64,000 nucleotides of DNA. It comes from an uncultured SAR86 cluster bacterium (GTDB lineage: Bacteria > Pseudomonadota > Gammaproteobacteria > Magnimaribacterales > D2472). The translations under genes were made by a program, and so were the position numbers. Under the pieces are notes generated by a model. That model saw nothing but the letters and a program-made list of their open reading frames with translations, was not told the origin of the DNA and made no database searches. Positions 30,817-40,643 of this stretch are shown in pieces (the stretch's first letter is position 1; each line of letters opens with the position of its first letter). Location of the stretch: positions 151,938-215,937 of the forward strand of contig CAJIYI010000001.1 in NCBI GenBank assembly GCA_905181595.1, read 5' to 3'.

Positions 30817-31965
30817 ATGAAAAAATTAATATACTTTTTACTAATTGTTCCATTTTGCATGGATTTATCAGCACAATCTTTAGTTCCAAAGGCTCCAAAG
30901 CTTAATTTAAGCAGCTATATTTTAATAGAAGCAAGTACGAATACAGTAATTGCAGAATTTAATTCGGACAATCAAATCGCACCAGCTAGCATGACAAAAG
31001 TTATGAGTGGATATGTCATGGCAGATCAAATCGCCAATGGTTCTATCAGCCTTGATGATAAAGTATTGATTAGTGAAAAAGCCTGGAAGACAGGCGGCTC
31101 TAAAATGTTTATTGAAGCAGGCAAAAGAGTTTCAGTTAAAGATCTCTTGTCAGGAATTATTATTCAGTCTGGAAATGATGCAACCATTGCAATGGCTGAA
31201 TATGTGGCAGGCTCAGAAGAAGGTTTCGTAGATTTTATGAATGCCTATGCATCAGAATTGGGATTAACTAATTCGTTGTTTCAAAATTCCACAGGGTTTA
31301 GTGATCCCAATCACTTTACCTCAGCAAAAGACTTGGCGAAATTAACCCAAGCCCTAATCAATAACTTTCCTGATCACTATGCAACCTACAAAGAGAAGGA
31401 ATTTACATTCAGTGGGATACGTCAATTAAATAGAAATAAACTATTGTGGAGAGATGACAGCGTTGATGGTGTCAAGACTGGTCATACCGATTCAGCTGGA
31501 TTTTGTTTAATTTCCTCTGCGCAGCGAAATGATATGCGTCTGATAGCGGTTGTTGCAGGCAGTGAGTCTGAAAACGAGAGACTTACAGCATCACAGAGGC
31601 TTTTAGAATATGGCTTTAGATTCTATGCGACACAGAAGTTAGTCTCCCAGGAGATAAAAGTCACAACCGCAAAAGTTTGGGGTGGAAAAACTAACGAGGT
31701 TGCTCTGGGATCATCAAAAGATATTTATTTAACACTTCCAAGATCTGAATTTAAAAATATTAAAGCGAACTATCAATTTAATAATAATCTTCAAGCTCCT
31801 ATTGAGATTGGTCAGATGATTGGTAGCATTGAATTTACATCTAACGATCGTGTTGTCTTATCAGCACCATTGGTGGCAATAGAGACTGTCGAAGCTAAAG
31901 GATTTTTTGGAATGCTTTGGTCTAGATTGGTATATTGGATCACTAGCCTCTTTTCGTTTGGTTGA
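30817..31965 (+). CDS. D-alanyl-D-alanine carboxypeptidase (PBP5/6 family)
   Basis: Signal peptide plus SMTKVM (SxxK), QSGND (SxN) and VKTGHT (KTG). 382 aa. Confidence 0.88.
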   Translation: MKKLIYFLLIVPFCMDLSAQSLVPKAPKLNLSSYILIEASTNTVIAEFNSDNQIAPASMTKVMSGYVMADQIANGSISLDDKVLISEKAWKTGGSKMFIEAGKRVSVKDLLSGIIIQSGNDATIAMAEYVAGSEEGFVDFMNAYASELGLTNSLFQNSTGFSDPNHFTSAKDLAKLTQALINNFPDHYATYKEKEFTFSGIRQLNRNKLLWRDDSVDGVKTGHTDSAGFCLISSAQRNDMRLIAVVAGSESENERLTASQRLLEYGFRFYATQKLVSQEIKVTTAKVWGGKTNEVALGSSKDIYLTLPRSEFKNIKANYQFNNNLQAPIEIGQMIGSIEFTSNDRVVLSAPLVAIETVEAKGFFGMLWSRLVYWITSLFSFG

Positions 31966-31966
31966 G

Positions 31967-32816
31967 ATGAATAGTATTTCTGCCATATACCAAGGCCAAT
32001 TAGACTCCTTGGAAAACATCAAGGTTTCTCCTTTCTCTCGTGCTTATACTTTTTCAGATAGTGTCTATGAGGTAATTCCATATTTTGATGGAGTCCCTTT
32101 GTGTTTTCAGATGCACATAGAGAGGCTGAAGCTGAGCTTAGAAATGTCTGGCATAAGCGTTGACATGTCTATTGTTCAAACTGAGATTCAAAAACTGGCG
32201 TTAGAATTAAAATCAAAGAATGGTTATGTATATTTTCAGATTTCTAGAGGCGTAGATGAGCTGAGATCTCACTTGCATCAGGATGACATGGTTGCTGAGC
32301 GTTTTGGGTATGTTGTATCGACTGATCTGTTCTCTAATCCTATTTCTGCCATGCTATGTGCTGATAATCGATGGGCTCATTGCAACATTAAATCTACTTC
32401 TCTGCTGGGCAATGTTTTATTGATGAATCAGGCCAGAAGCCAAGGTTGCAAGGAGAGTTGTTATGCATAGGAATAATTACTTAACTGAGGCTGGCGCAAG
32501 CAATGTTTTTTACCTCAATGCAGAAGGTATTGTTCGCACATCGGCTTTGAATGAAAACATCCTACCTGGAATCACGAGAGATATTCTGATTAATGCCTTG
32601 GCTGACGGTCCTTTTAAGGTTGAGGAGGGTAAATGTAATGTTGGAGATTTTGATTCCTCTCCATGTATATGGCTCAGTAGCTCGACTAAAGGACTGCTTC
32701 CTTTAAATAAAGTGATTGGTACTAAATATATTTACGAAGAATCCAATGAGAGTTTTGAAGAAATTAATAAGATTTTTAATGCTGCGGTTCAGTCACACCT
32801 TTTAGCTGCAATATAA
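31967..32816 (+). pseudogene. dat: class IV (D-amino-acid) aminotransferase interrupted by one frameshift
   Basis: Two ORFs are collinear with Bacillus D-AAT (SDSVYEVIPYF..., CNIKSTSLLGNVLL, then HRNNYLTEAGASNVF, ILPGITRD). The junction QGCKE|VVMHR needs removal of one base at about 32456. Confidence 0.75.
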
Positions 32817-33774
32817 TTTTTTCTATTTGCTCCCAAACATTAGATTTTATAATCCCCTTGTTGATCAAGTCCAATCGCAACATCTGATCACTCAATTGCA
32901 TAAATTCTGATGCCTTGCTGTGCCTGATGAGGTTTAAGTACTGGCTAATTTTTGACGACCACACTCCACTTTTAATCAAAGCAGATTTTTTATTAGTAGC
33001 TTGAGAAGATTCTAAGCATGAATTAATTATTTTAGCGATCATCCAAATCAATGGCGCTGAATTTTGACTATCATGCTCTTTTAAAAACTTGATAGTCTGT
33101 AAAACTTTTTCAAATTTTCTATCAATAATTACATCTTCTAGTTCAAAAGCACTGAGACCAGAATGAAATACTATGTTATTTGTTTCGGTCTCATCTATGT
33201 CTTGATCAGAACTAAAAAGCAATTTCAGCAATCGCACCTCATTCATTTGTCCCAATAGATTACCCTCATTATTTTGAAAAATAGATCCACCAAACATGGG
33301 GAGAAGGGATTTTGGCAAGAATTCTAACTGCCTCTTAAGCCAGAGCTTTTCTTCAGCAGTCTTAAGCTTCCCGCAGCTCACAATCAACCCCTTTTCATCT
33401 ATATTTTTAATCCAATTACCGCTGGTAGGTGTTTTTTCAATGCTTGATTCTATGATTAATGCCAGATTGTCTGAGTTATAAAGGTGTTGATTTTCTAGGA
33501 TCAATTTAATTTTTTCTGGAAATTTTCCCGAGGTATGCTTTAAATGAAGAATTAATTTTTCTTGGAACAAAGAACCTCCTACATTTCTCATAATGATATC
33601 TTCTGCTTGATCTAACTCATCTTGATGCAAGGAAACCTTATCATTAAAACCTTGAGCCTTGAGCGATTGTAATATTTGATCTGCAATATCCTGCTTTATA
33701 ATTAACTCACTTCCATATAAAAATAAATAGCGAGAATCCTTTGAGTCAGAAAAATTGAGACAATTAACTTTCAA
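32776..33774 (-). CDS. holA: DNA polymerase III delta subunit
   Basis: 332 aa in the conserved position downstream of lptE. Called mainly on synteny, size and helical C-terminal half. Confidence 0.7.
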   Translation of the reverse strand: MKVNCLNFSDSKDSRYLFLYGSELIIKQDIADQILQSLKAQGFNDKVSLHQDELDQAEDIIMRNVGGSLFQEKLILHLKHTSGKFPEKIKLILENQHLYNSDNLALIIESSIEKTPTSGNWIKNIDEKGLIVSCGKLKTAEEKLWLKRQLEFLPKSLLPMFGGSIFQNNEGNLLGQMNEVRLLKLLFSSDQDIDETETNNIVFHSGLSAFELEDVIIDRKFEKVLQTIKFLKEHDSQNSAPLIWMIAKIINSCLESSQATNKKSALIKSGVWSSKISQYLNLIRHSKASEFMQLSDQMLRLDLINKGIIKSNVWEQIEKIILQLKGVTEPQH

Positions 33775-34252
33775 TTAACCAATACTCCTGAGAGAGTTTC
33801 TCTAATAATAAAAATTCCAACTCATCTTTCAATTGTTTTTGTGCCGAAATTTCTGCCTGAGGGTTAATTTCATTTGAAGGCATTTGAACTATAGCGGAGA
33901 TCATTCCAGTTTTTTGTTTGTCAGGTAAATTAAATTCATAGTGCAGCTCTCCTAAAATTTCAATTTCTTTTGATCTAACAGTTGAGCCTCCATAAAAATT
34001 TCTCTTTTTAAATTCAATTTTTTGAATTGTTACAGAGGAGCCCTGCATTAAATTGGTGATTTCGCTGGTAGCAAAATATTTCTTTGATCGCTCTTTAAAG
34101 GAATTGGAGATGCTGCTATGAAATTTAATAGAAGTTAATTGAATAATATTCGTATTAACAAATTCGTGCTGACACCCTGAACTAAAGAGGATGGTTAGCA
34201 ATACAATAAGATTTTTTAAATTCTTACTTAGCGCCATCAAAGAAATCTTCAA
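33764..34252 (-). CDS. lptE: LPS-assembly lipoprotein LptE
   Basis: Lipobox LFSSGC after a signal peptide (alternative start ATG 34237). About 160 aa. Sits in the conserved leuS...holA neighbourhood. Confidence 0.7.
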   Translation of the reverse strand: MKISLMALSKNLKNLIVLLTILFSSGCQHEFVNTNIIQLTSIKFHSSISNSFKERSKKYFATSEITNLMQGSSVTIQKIEFKKRNFYGGSTVRSKEIEILGELHYEFNLPDKQKTGMISAIVQMPSNEINPQAEISAQKQLKDELEFLLLEKLSQEYWLIES

Positions 34253-35348
34253 AGCCAGATGGATCGTGCCTTCCGACCACTAAATTTTCTAACATTCCGA
34301 ATCCTTCTTCTGAGCCTAGTTTAGCTTTCACAATTTGATGAGTGTGAAAAAAAGTATAGTCGCCTGGATCAACTTCAGCTAAATCCCATACTTCATAGCC
34401 TGTAGCAATTTCACCTTTCCAGATACCATGCTTCCATTCATCGTGTTGGTAACCTATTCCCTTGCAAAAGAATATTGGACCAATTGTCTCTAGCTCTAAA
34501 TCAAATTTCTCTTTATTTTTTAGCATGCCAGATATCTTTGCCCCAGTCGCCCAGCGCGTCCCCTGTTTCCAATTTACAGAGTGATGCAGTGAATGAATGG
34601 TCTCAACCTCAATCTCAGATGGCGTAGAAGACATGTCATCATAAAGTGGCAATTTATGAGCAGATATTTGAGTGGTATTACCATCTCTATCTTCAAACGT
34701 TCCAAATTGGGTGCAGAAATCTTTGAAATGTATTGGAGCCCAGCACCAATATACTCCTGGCTCCTGATTTAGCATCCCAGGGGCTCCGCCTTCTTGCTCC
34801 CCAACCGGTCTGACTCCCCATGATCTATCTCTCGTTCCATAAATTGCTTTAGGATTGATCGTTCCTGCTTCGGTTGAAATTTCACCTGTCCATTTACCTA
34901 GCTGAGTAAATCTCACCGTATTCATTATTGTCCTGGTACCTTCCATCATGAGTGATCGAGGTTCCTGGTGCGCCACAGAATTAGCTGAAAATTTGAGATT
35001 ACAATTTAGTTTATTATCAGGATCCTTAAGAGAAAATGTCAGTTCACTCATAGGCTCATCAATTGTTAAGCTCATTGGACCAACTTTTATCGGCATTCTA
35101 TTTTGATCTAGACGCTGGCTTGCATGATAAGAATATTGCTTGCCCTCATAAGAGATGCTGAAGTGAGCATCAATAACGTGTCTATTTGGGTATAGCCCAA
35201 TGCCAATTTCAAAAATATACCCATTCTCAGGATCGAGCCCATTGAAAAAGTATCTATCATAAAAATTTCTATCTGTTGAGCCAGGCACAGTAACGGGCTC
35301 TATCGCTTGATGAATTGGATAGTCGTCGAAAGGAGTTATATAGTTCAT
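34224..35348 (-). CDS. conserved-looking hypothetical protein (374 aa), function unknown
   Basis: Long clean ORF that is soluble, with no signal peptide or TM segment, and rich in Trp/His/Gly motifs (YGTRDRSWGVRPVGE, YWCWAPIHF, GIGYQHDEWKHGIW). Its ATG follows the leuS TAA directly. Its 3' end overlaps the lptE start. Confidence 0.7.
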   Translation of the reverse strand: MNYITPFDDYPIHQAIEPVTVPGSTDRNFYDRYFFNGLDPENGYIFEIGIGLYPNRHVIDAHFSISYEGKQYSYHASQRLDQNRMPIKVGPMSLTIDEPMSELTFSLKDPDNKLNCNLKFSANSVAHQEPRSLMMEGTRTIMNTVRFTQLGKWTGEISTEAGTINPKAIYGTRDRSWGVRPVGEQEGGAPGMLNQEPGVYWCWAPIHFKDFCTQFGTFEDRDGNTTQISAHKLPLYDDMSSTPSEIEVETIHSLHHSVNWKQGTRWATGAKISGMLKNKEKFDLELETIGPIFFCKGIGYQHDEWKHGIWKGEIATGYEVWDLAEVDPGDYTFFHTHQIVKAKLGSEEGFGMLENLVVGRHDPSGFEDFFDGAK

Positions 35349-37910
35349 TTAAATCACAAAGTTAATTAGTTTTTCTTTGATATAGATTACCTTTTTTATT
35401 GATGTGTTGGCGAGACTTTTTTTAACATTTTCATTCTCCATAGCTATTTCTTGAATGGACTCTTGCGTTTCATCAATAGAAATATTTTCTTTGCCTCTGA
35501 CTTTGCCATTAACCTGAATGATCAACTGAAAGTTTTCCAGCTTTAAAAACTCTTCATTCACCCCTGGCCAAGAAAGTTCAAAATCCTTACCATCTGAATT
35601 AGAAAATTGCTTCCAAAGATACAGAGAAATGTGTGGAGTGATTGGAGAGAGCATTTTTAATGTAAATTGAATAACCTCATCAAGACAAAATTTTTCACTT
35701 AGTGTTGCAGTATCTTGCTTGAATGACTCTGGAACTGCATTGAGTAATTCCATCACCCCTGCAATTGCTGTGTTGAATGAGTTTCTTTGGCTAAAATCAT
35801 GAGTAACTTTTTTTAACGTCTTGTGACTTTTTTGCCTAAGCGCTAATTCCGTCTCACTAAAAGATAAAGGCTCTGATTGCGTAAAGATTGATCTGCCATC
35901 AGTTAAATTCCATACTTTTCTTAAAAATCTATACGAGCCTTCAATGGCTGTATCCGACCATTCTAGTGATTGCTCGGGAGGAGAAGTGAACATCATGTAT
36001 AGCCTTACAGTATCTGCTCCATACTTTTGAATCATTATGTTGGGGTCAACGCCATTCAGTTTAGATTTACTCATTTTCGACATGCCATCTTTTTCTACCA
36101 CTCTGCCATCAGACAGAAATAGCTGACCATCCTTTTCTGTTACAAGATCTTTATTAACCCACTCAGGATTTGAATTTGCATCTAACGCATAAAATGCATC
36201 TGATAGCACCATGCCCTGTGTTAAAAGTTTCTTAAAAGGCTCGGATGACTGAATAAGTTTTTGATCTCTTAGCAATAAATTAAAGAATCTTGCATAGAGT
36301 AAATGCAATATCGCATGCTCAATTCCTCCAATGTAATGATCAACTGGGAGCCAGTAATCTGCCTCAGAATCGAGCATGCTATCTGATGGCTGAGATGCAA
36401 ACCTTGCTGCATACCATGAGCTTTCAAAAAAAGTATCAAATGTGTCAGTTTCTCTTAGGGCAGGTTTGGAGCATTTGGGACAGGATGTTTTCTGCCAATC
36501 TGTAAATCCACTTAAACTTAACCCTTTAGAGGTAATATCATTTATTTCTGGAAGTTCTACAGGTAGTTCCTCAATGGGAACTGGCAGATTCCCACAATCT
36601 TTGCAGTGAATCATGGGGATAGGACAGCCCCAATATCTTTGTCTAGAAATTCCCCAATCTCTTAATCGGTAATTTGTTTTCACTTCACCATCACAAGACA
36701 TAGCTAAAGTTTCAGAAATTTTTTCAAAAGCAGCTTCAGATGTGAGGCCGTTATACTCTAGTGAATTGATCAAGATGCCTTTTTCTTCCACTGCTTGATC
36801 TTCAATTGTTGCACCAGACTTTGTCTGCACAACCTGCACTATTGGTAAGTTGTATTTTTGTGCAAATTCATAATCTCTTTGATCATGACCTGGTACGCAC
36901 ATAACAGCACCGGTTCCGTATTCCATCAAAACAAAGTTAGCAATCCAGATTGGGATTTCTGCATTGGTTATTGGATGAATGGCTCTTAGCTCAGTATCAA
37001 TACCACTTTTTTCCTGTTTTGCTATTGCAGCCTCAGTTTTTTTTGCACCTTTATTATCATCAATAAACTGGTTGATACTGGGATGACTTTTTCTTAGCTC
37101 TAAAGCGAGCGGGTGATCAACAGCTATGGCGCAATATGTAGCACCAAAAATAGTATCTGGACGAGTCGTAAATACTTCCAGAGTTTCATCTATCTGATCA
37201 ATTGAAAATTTAAAACTTAAACCCTTAGATTTTCCAATCCAATTTTTTTGCATTAGTTTCACTTGAGTGGGCCAATCCTCTAGAGATTCGAGGCCATCCA
37301 AAAGTTCGTCAGCATATTCTGTAATCTTTAAGAAATACTGATTAATTTTTTTTCTTTCTATTTCAGCGCCTGAGCGCCATCCTTTCCCGTCAATGACTTG
37401 CTCATTCGCCAAGACAGTCTGATCAACTGGATCCCAATTTACTTCAGCTTCTTTTCTCTCAACAAGACCAGCTTCTAGTAACTGAATAAAAAACCATTGT
37501 TCCCAGCGAAAGTAATCCGGCGCTGATGTATTCAACTCTCTGCTCCAGTCGTAACTTAATCCCAAAGCATCAAGCTGTACTTTCATGCTTTCTATGTTTT
37601 CATTTGTCCATTTTTTAGGAGAAACATTATTCTCAATCGCGGCATTCTCGGCAGGTAAGCCAAAGGCATCCCATCCCATTGGCTGCATAACGTTATAGCC
37701 CTGCAATCTCTTGAAGCGAGATATGACATCTCCAATTGTGTAGTTTCTAACGTGGCCCATGTGCAATTTTCCAGAAGGATAGGGGAACATAGACAGGCAA
37801 TAAAATTTTTCTTTGCTGCTAGAGGAGGTAGCTCGATAAACATCAGCCTCTTTCCACGATTTCTGAATAGTGGCTTCTATCAATGAAGGGTTGTAATCGC
37901 GGTCACTCAT
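35349..37910 (-). CDS. leuS: leucyl-tRNA synthetase
   Basis: 853 aa with the HIGH motif (HMGHVRNY) and KMSKS (GMSKMSKSK). Class Ia architecture with a CP1 editing domain. Confidence 0.95.
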   Translation of the reverse strand: MSDRDYNPSLIEATIQKSWKEADVYRATSSSSKEKFYCLSMFPYPSGKLHMGHVRNYTIGDVISRFKRLQGYNVMQPMGWDAFGLPAENAAIENNVSPKKWTNENIESMKVQLDALGLSYDWSRELNTSAPDYFRWEQWFFIQLLEAGLVERKEAEVNWDPVDQTVLANEQVIDGKGWRSGAEIERKKINQYFLKITEYADELLDGLESLEDWPTQVKLMQKNWIGKSKGLSFKFSIDQIDETLEVFTTRPDTIFGATYCAIAVDHPLALELRKSHPSINQFIDDNKGAKKTEAAIAKQEKSGIDTELRAIHPITNAEIPIWIANFVLMEYGTGAVMCVPGHDQRDYEFAQKYNLPIVQVVQTKSGATIEDQAVEEKGILINSLEYNGLTSEAAFEKISETLAMSCDGEVKTNYRLRDWGISRQRYWGCPIPMIHCKDCGNLPVPIEELPVELPEINDITSKGLSLSGFTDWQKTSCPKCSKPALRETDTFDTFFESSWYAARFASQPSDSMLDSEADYWLPVDHYIGGIEHAILHLLYARFFNLLLRDQKLIQSSEPFKKLLTQGMVLSDAFYALDANSNPEWVNKDLVTEKDGQLFLSDGRVVEKDGMSKMSKSKLNGVDPNIMIQKYGADTVRLYMMFTSPPEQSLEWSDTAIEGSYRFLRKVWNLTDGRSIFTQSEPLSFSETELALRQKSHKTLKKVTHDFSQRNSFNTAIAGVMELLNAVPESFKQDTATLSEKFCLDEVIQFTLKMLSPITPHISLYLWKQFSNSDGKDFELSWPGVNEEFLKLENFQLIIQVNGKVRGKENISIDETQESIQEIAMENENVKKSLANTSIKKVIYIKEKLINFVI

Positions 37911-39250
37911 GAGGATAGAAATACCCCTTCTAAATAATTTATATCATGTTTATTTTGGCAAAAGGTTTCATCTGATAGTAACCTTTGATGAAGCGAATGG
38001 TTTGTTTTAATGCCATCTACAAAAAACTCATCCAAGGCACTTAACATTCGTTTAATACATGATTCTCTGGTATTTGCAGTGGTAATAATTTTTGCAAGTA
38101 ATGAATCATAATATGGCGGAACTATGTAGCCAGAGTAAATATGAGAATCAAATCTCACACCAAAACCCCCGGGAGGATGCATCTTACTAATAAGGCCTGG
38201 TGATGGCACGAAAGTCTCAGGATCTTCTGCATTAATCCTGCATTCGATGGCATGCCCTCTAAAAATTATCTCGTCTTGATTAAGATCTATCTTGATGCCC
38301 AAAGCAATTTTTAACTGAGCTTTGACAAGGTCAAATCCAGTAATCATCTCAGAAACAGGGTGCTCAACTTGTATGCGTGTATTCATTTCAATAAAGTAAA
38401 ACTTATTATCTTCATAAAGAAATTCAATAGTTCCCACCCCAGAATAAGAAAGGCCTCTGCATAAATCCAGACAAGCCTCCATAGTTTTCTCTAATTCCAC
38501 GAGGTTAACATCTTGAGCAGGAGCTTCTTCAATGATCTTTTGATGCCTTCTCTGCATACTGCAGTCTCTTGTGCCAAGGTGGATAGCCTTTCCTTTTCCA
38601 TCTGCCACAATCTGGATTTCTATGTGACGTGGATTCTGAATAAATTTCTCAAGGTACAAGGTATCATTTCCAAAGGCATTTTTAGCTTCTTGTTGCGTTA
38701 ATTGAATGGCAGAACATAGCTCAGATTCCTCTTGAACGACACGCATGCCTCTCCCACCGCCGCCAGCAGAAGCTTTAATTATTAATGGGTATCCAACTCC
38801 AGCAGCCACTTCTTTAACTGCATGCTCTTCAGTAGGTAGAGAACCTCTATAGCCTGGAACTATAGGAATATTTGATTGCTCTGCTAGGTCTTTTGCAGTA
38901 ATTTTATCGCCCATTTGCCTAATAACAGACGATGACGGCCCTATAAATATAAAGCCACTTGACTCACATTTTTCTGCAAAATCAGCATCCTCGGCCAGAA
39001 ATCCGTAGCCAGGATAAATGGCATCCGCTCCAGTTAATTCTGCAGCAGATAAGATTGCTGGGATATTAAGATAGCTTTCAATGGGACTTGAGGGACCTAC
39101 ACACACTGTCTCATCTGCCAGCCTGAGATGCTTCAATTCTTTATCGCCAGCTGAATATATTGCAACGGTTTTCAGATCTAATTCCTTGCAAGCTCTTAGA
39201 GCGCGCAAAGCAATCTCTCCCCGATTGGCTATTAAAACTTTTTGAGTCAT
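37907..39250 (-). CDS. accC: acetyl-CoA carboxylase biotin carboxylase subunit
   Basis: KVLIANRGEIALR N-terminus and ATP-grasp motifs. 447 aa. ATGA overlap with leuS. Confidence 0.95.
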   Translation of the reverse strand: MTQKVLIANRGEIALRALRACKELDLKTVAIYSAGDKELKHLRLADETVCVGPSSPIESYLNIPAILSAAELTGADAIYPGYGFLAEDADFAEKCESSGFIFIGPSSSVIRQMGDKITAKDLAEQSNIPIVPGYRGSLPTEEHAVKEVAAGVGYPLIIKASAGGGGRGMRVVQEESELCSAIQLTQQEAKNAFGNDTLYLEKFIQNPRHIEIQIVADGKGKAIHLGTRDCSMQRRHQKIIEEAPAQDVNLVELEKTMEACLDLCRGLSYSGVGTIEFLYEDNKFYFIEMNTRIQVEHPVSEMITGFDLVKAQLKIALGIKIDLNQDEIIFRGHAIECRINAEDPETFVPSPGLISKMHPPGGFGVRFDSHIYSGYIVPPYYDSLLAKIITTANTRESCIKRMLSALDEFFVDGIKTNHSLHQRLLSDETFCQNKHDINYLEGVFLSS

Positions 39251-39669
39251 TACCCGACGATTATTAGCTGCTGATCAAATTCTACTGGCTCACCATCATC
39301 AACTTTGATTGCGGTCACAGTCCCGCTGAATGCTGATTTAATTTCATTCATCATTTTCATGGCCTCAATAATACAAACCACATCACCAACATTTACATGG
39401 TCACCGACCTCTATAAAAGCAGCTTTGTCAGGCGCTGGTTTTCTATAAAAAGTACCAACTATTGGAGAGGTAATTGAAGCTCCTAAAGTTTCAGGGACAA
39501 GAGGGGGCATGTTGGTCTCAATTACTGGCGGCAATGATTGGTTGGAGTGAGCAACCATTTGTCCACCACGAGCAATCCTTACAGATTCTTCACCTTCTTT
39601 GACCTCAATCTCCATCAAATCAGATTCTTGCAACATCTCAATTAATTTCTTTATTTTTCTAATATCCAT
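39250..39669 (-). CDS. accB: biotin carboxyl carrier protein
   Basis: 139 aa with the EAMKMMNEI biotinylation motif. TAATG overlap with accC. Confidence 0.92.
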   Translation of the reverse strand: MDIRKIKKLIEMLQESDLMEIEVKEGEESVRIARGGQMVAHSNQSLPPVIETNMPPLVPETLGASITSPIVGTFYRKPAPDKAAFIEVGDHVNVGDVVCIIEAMKMMNEIKSAFSGTVTAIKVDDGEPVEFDQQLIIVG

Positions 39670-39672
39670 CTT

Positions 39673-40107
39673 TTAATCCTTATTAATCTCAATAATATGA
39701 TTTAGTGCTAGCGCATAACCATGTGTTCCAAGACCACAAATTACGCCGCTCGCAATATCTGAAAAATATGATTTATGTCTAAATTCCTCTCGGGAGAAGA
39801 TATTAGATATATGAACCTCATAAAAGGAAACACCAACTCCTAACAGTGCATCTCTTATTGCTATGCTGGTATGCGTTAAAGCTCCAGGATTAATAATGAT
39901 ATAAGCAATTTCATTCATGGACTCTTGAATTTTTGCAACAATTTCATGCTCTGCATTACTTTGAAATGACTCAAGCTCAATGTGATTTTCTGTGGCTTTC
40001 TGTTCTAACCCTGCATTGATTTCATCTAGAGTAGTAGAGCCATAAACATCAGGTTCTCTGCTTCCAAGAAGATTTAAGTTTGGACCATGGATTACTAACA
40101 CTTTCAT
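39673..40107 (-). CDS. aroQ: type II 3-dehydroquinate dehydratase
   Basis: Start at internal ATG 40107 ([19 protein letters not shown]...). Contains [12 protein letters not shown]. The upstream 35-codon extension of the ORF track is not family-like. Confidence 0.9.
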   Translation of the reverse strand: MKVLVIHGPNLNLLGSREPDVYGSTTLDEINAGLEQKATENHIELESFQSNAEHEIVAKIQESMNEIAYIIINPGALTHTSIAIRDALLGVGVSFYEVHISNIFSREEFRHKSYFSDIASGVICGLGTHGYALALNHIIEINKD

Positions 40108-40150
40108 TTTTATAGATTTTATATGCTTTTTTGAAGAAGTTAAACGATTT

Positions 40151-40570
40151 TTAAATATTTTTTCGTTGTTTTGGGTAGCAATACTTTCCAGCAGCACACC
40201 CCTGATATTCAATAGTTATTATAGCATTTTGTAGATCAGTAGAGTTATAGACAGCCTTAACAACTAGCGTATTTTGTAAAACCAATGATTCTCCAAAAAA
40301 CTCATCATTGATAACAGATTCGTCTAGTAAGATAAATTCATGTGCAATAGCCTCATTATTAATGATGACCTTAATTGAGTCCTTATATAAATAATGTTCT
40401 GCGGCGATTTGCCAGGACGCATTAATTACATTGTCTGTTAACTGTGCATTTAAAATAAATGCTTCTTCAGCTTTTAAGATATTATTTTGATTAAATTGAT
40501 TTTGAGCGTTAACTGAACAAGCCAGAAATAGAAATGAGTATAATAAGTTTTTAAAAATCATCATGGTCAC
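40151..40570 (-). CDS. stand-alone DsbD N-terminal (alpha) domain protein
   Basis: 139 aa with a signal peptide, then [10 protein letters not shown]...[16 protein letters not shown]...[15 protein letters not shown]. This is collinear with the E. coli DsbD alpha domain including the C-x5-C pair. No TM or thioredoxin domain follows. Confidence 0.7.
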   Translation of the reverse strand: MTMMIFKNLLYSFLFLACSVNAQNQFNQNNILKAEEAFILNAQLTDNVINASWQIAAEHYLYKDSIKVIINNEAIAHEFILLDESVINDEFFGESLVLQNTLVVKAVYNSTDLQNAIITIEYQGCAAGKYCYPKQRKNI

Positions 40571-40643
40571 AGTAGTATAAAAGAGATGTCATACCTCCGC
40601 GCTAAAATTTTTACCTTAAATCTCATGTTTACAGATTCAAACA

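Noticed and set aside
40108-40212. 35-codon N-terminal extension of aroQ overlapping the DsbD-alpha gene
   Set aside because: Type II dehydroquinases start at MK(V/I)LV(I/L)(H/N)GPNLN. The internal ATG 40107 reproduces this, and the extension has no family similarity.
40625-40633. ATGTTTACA operator half-site 11 nt upstream of the esterase ATG
   Set aside because: The second arm is absent (about 3/9 matches). It is noted only because of its promoter-proximal position, and it is not enough to call a site.
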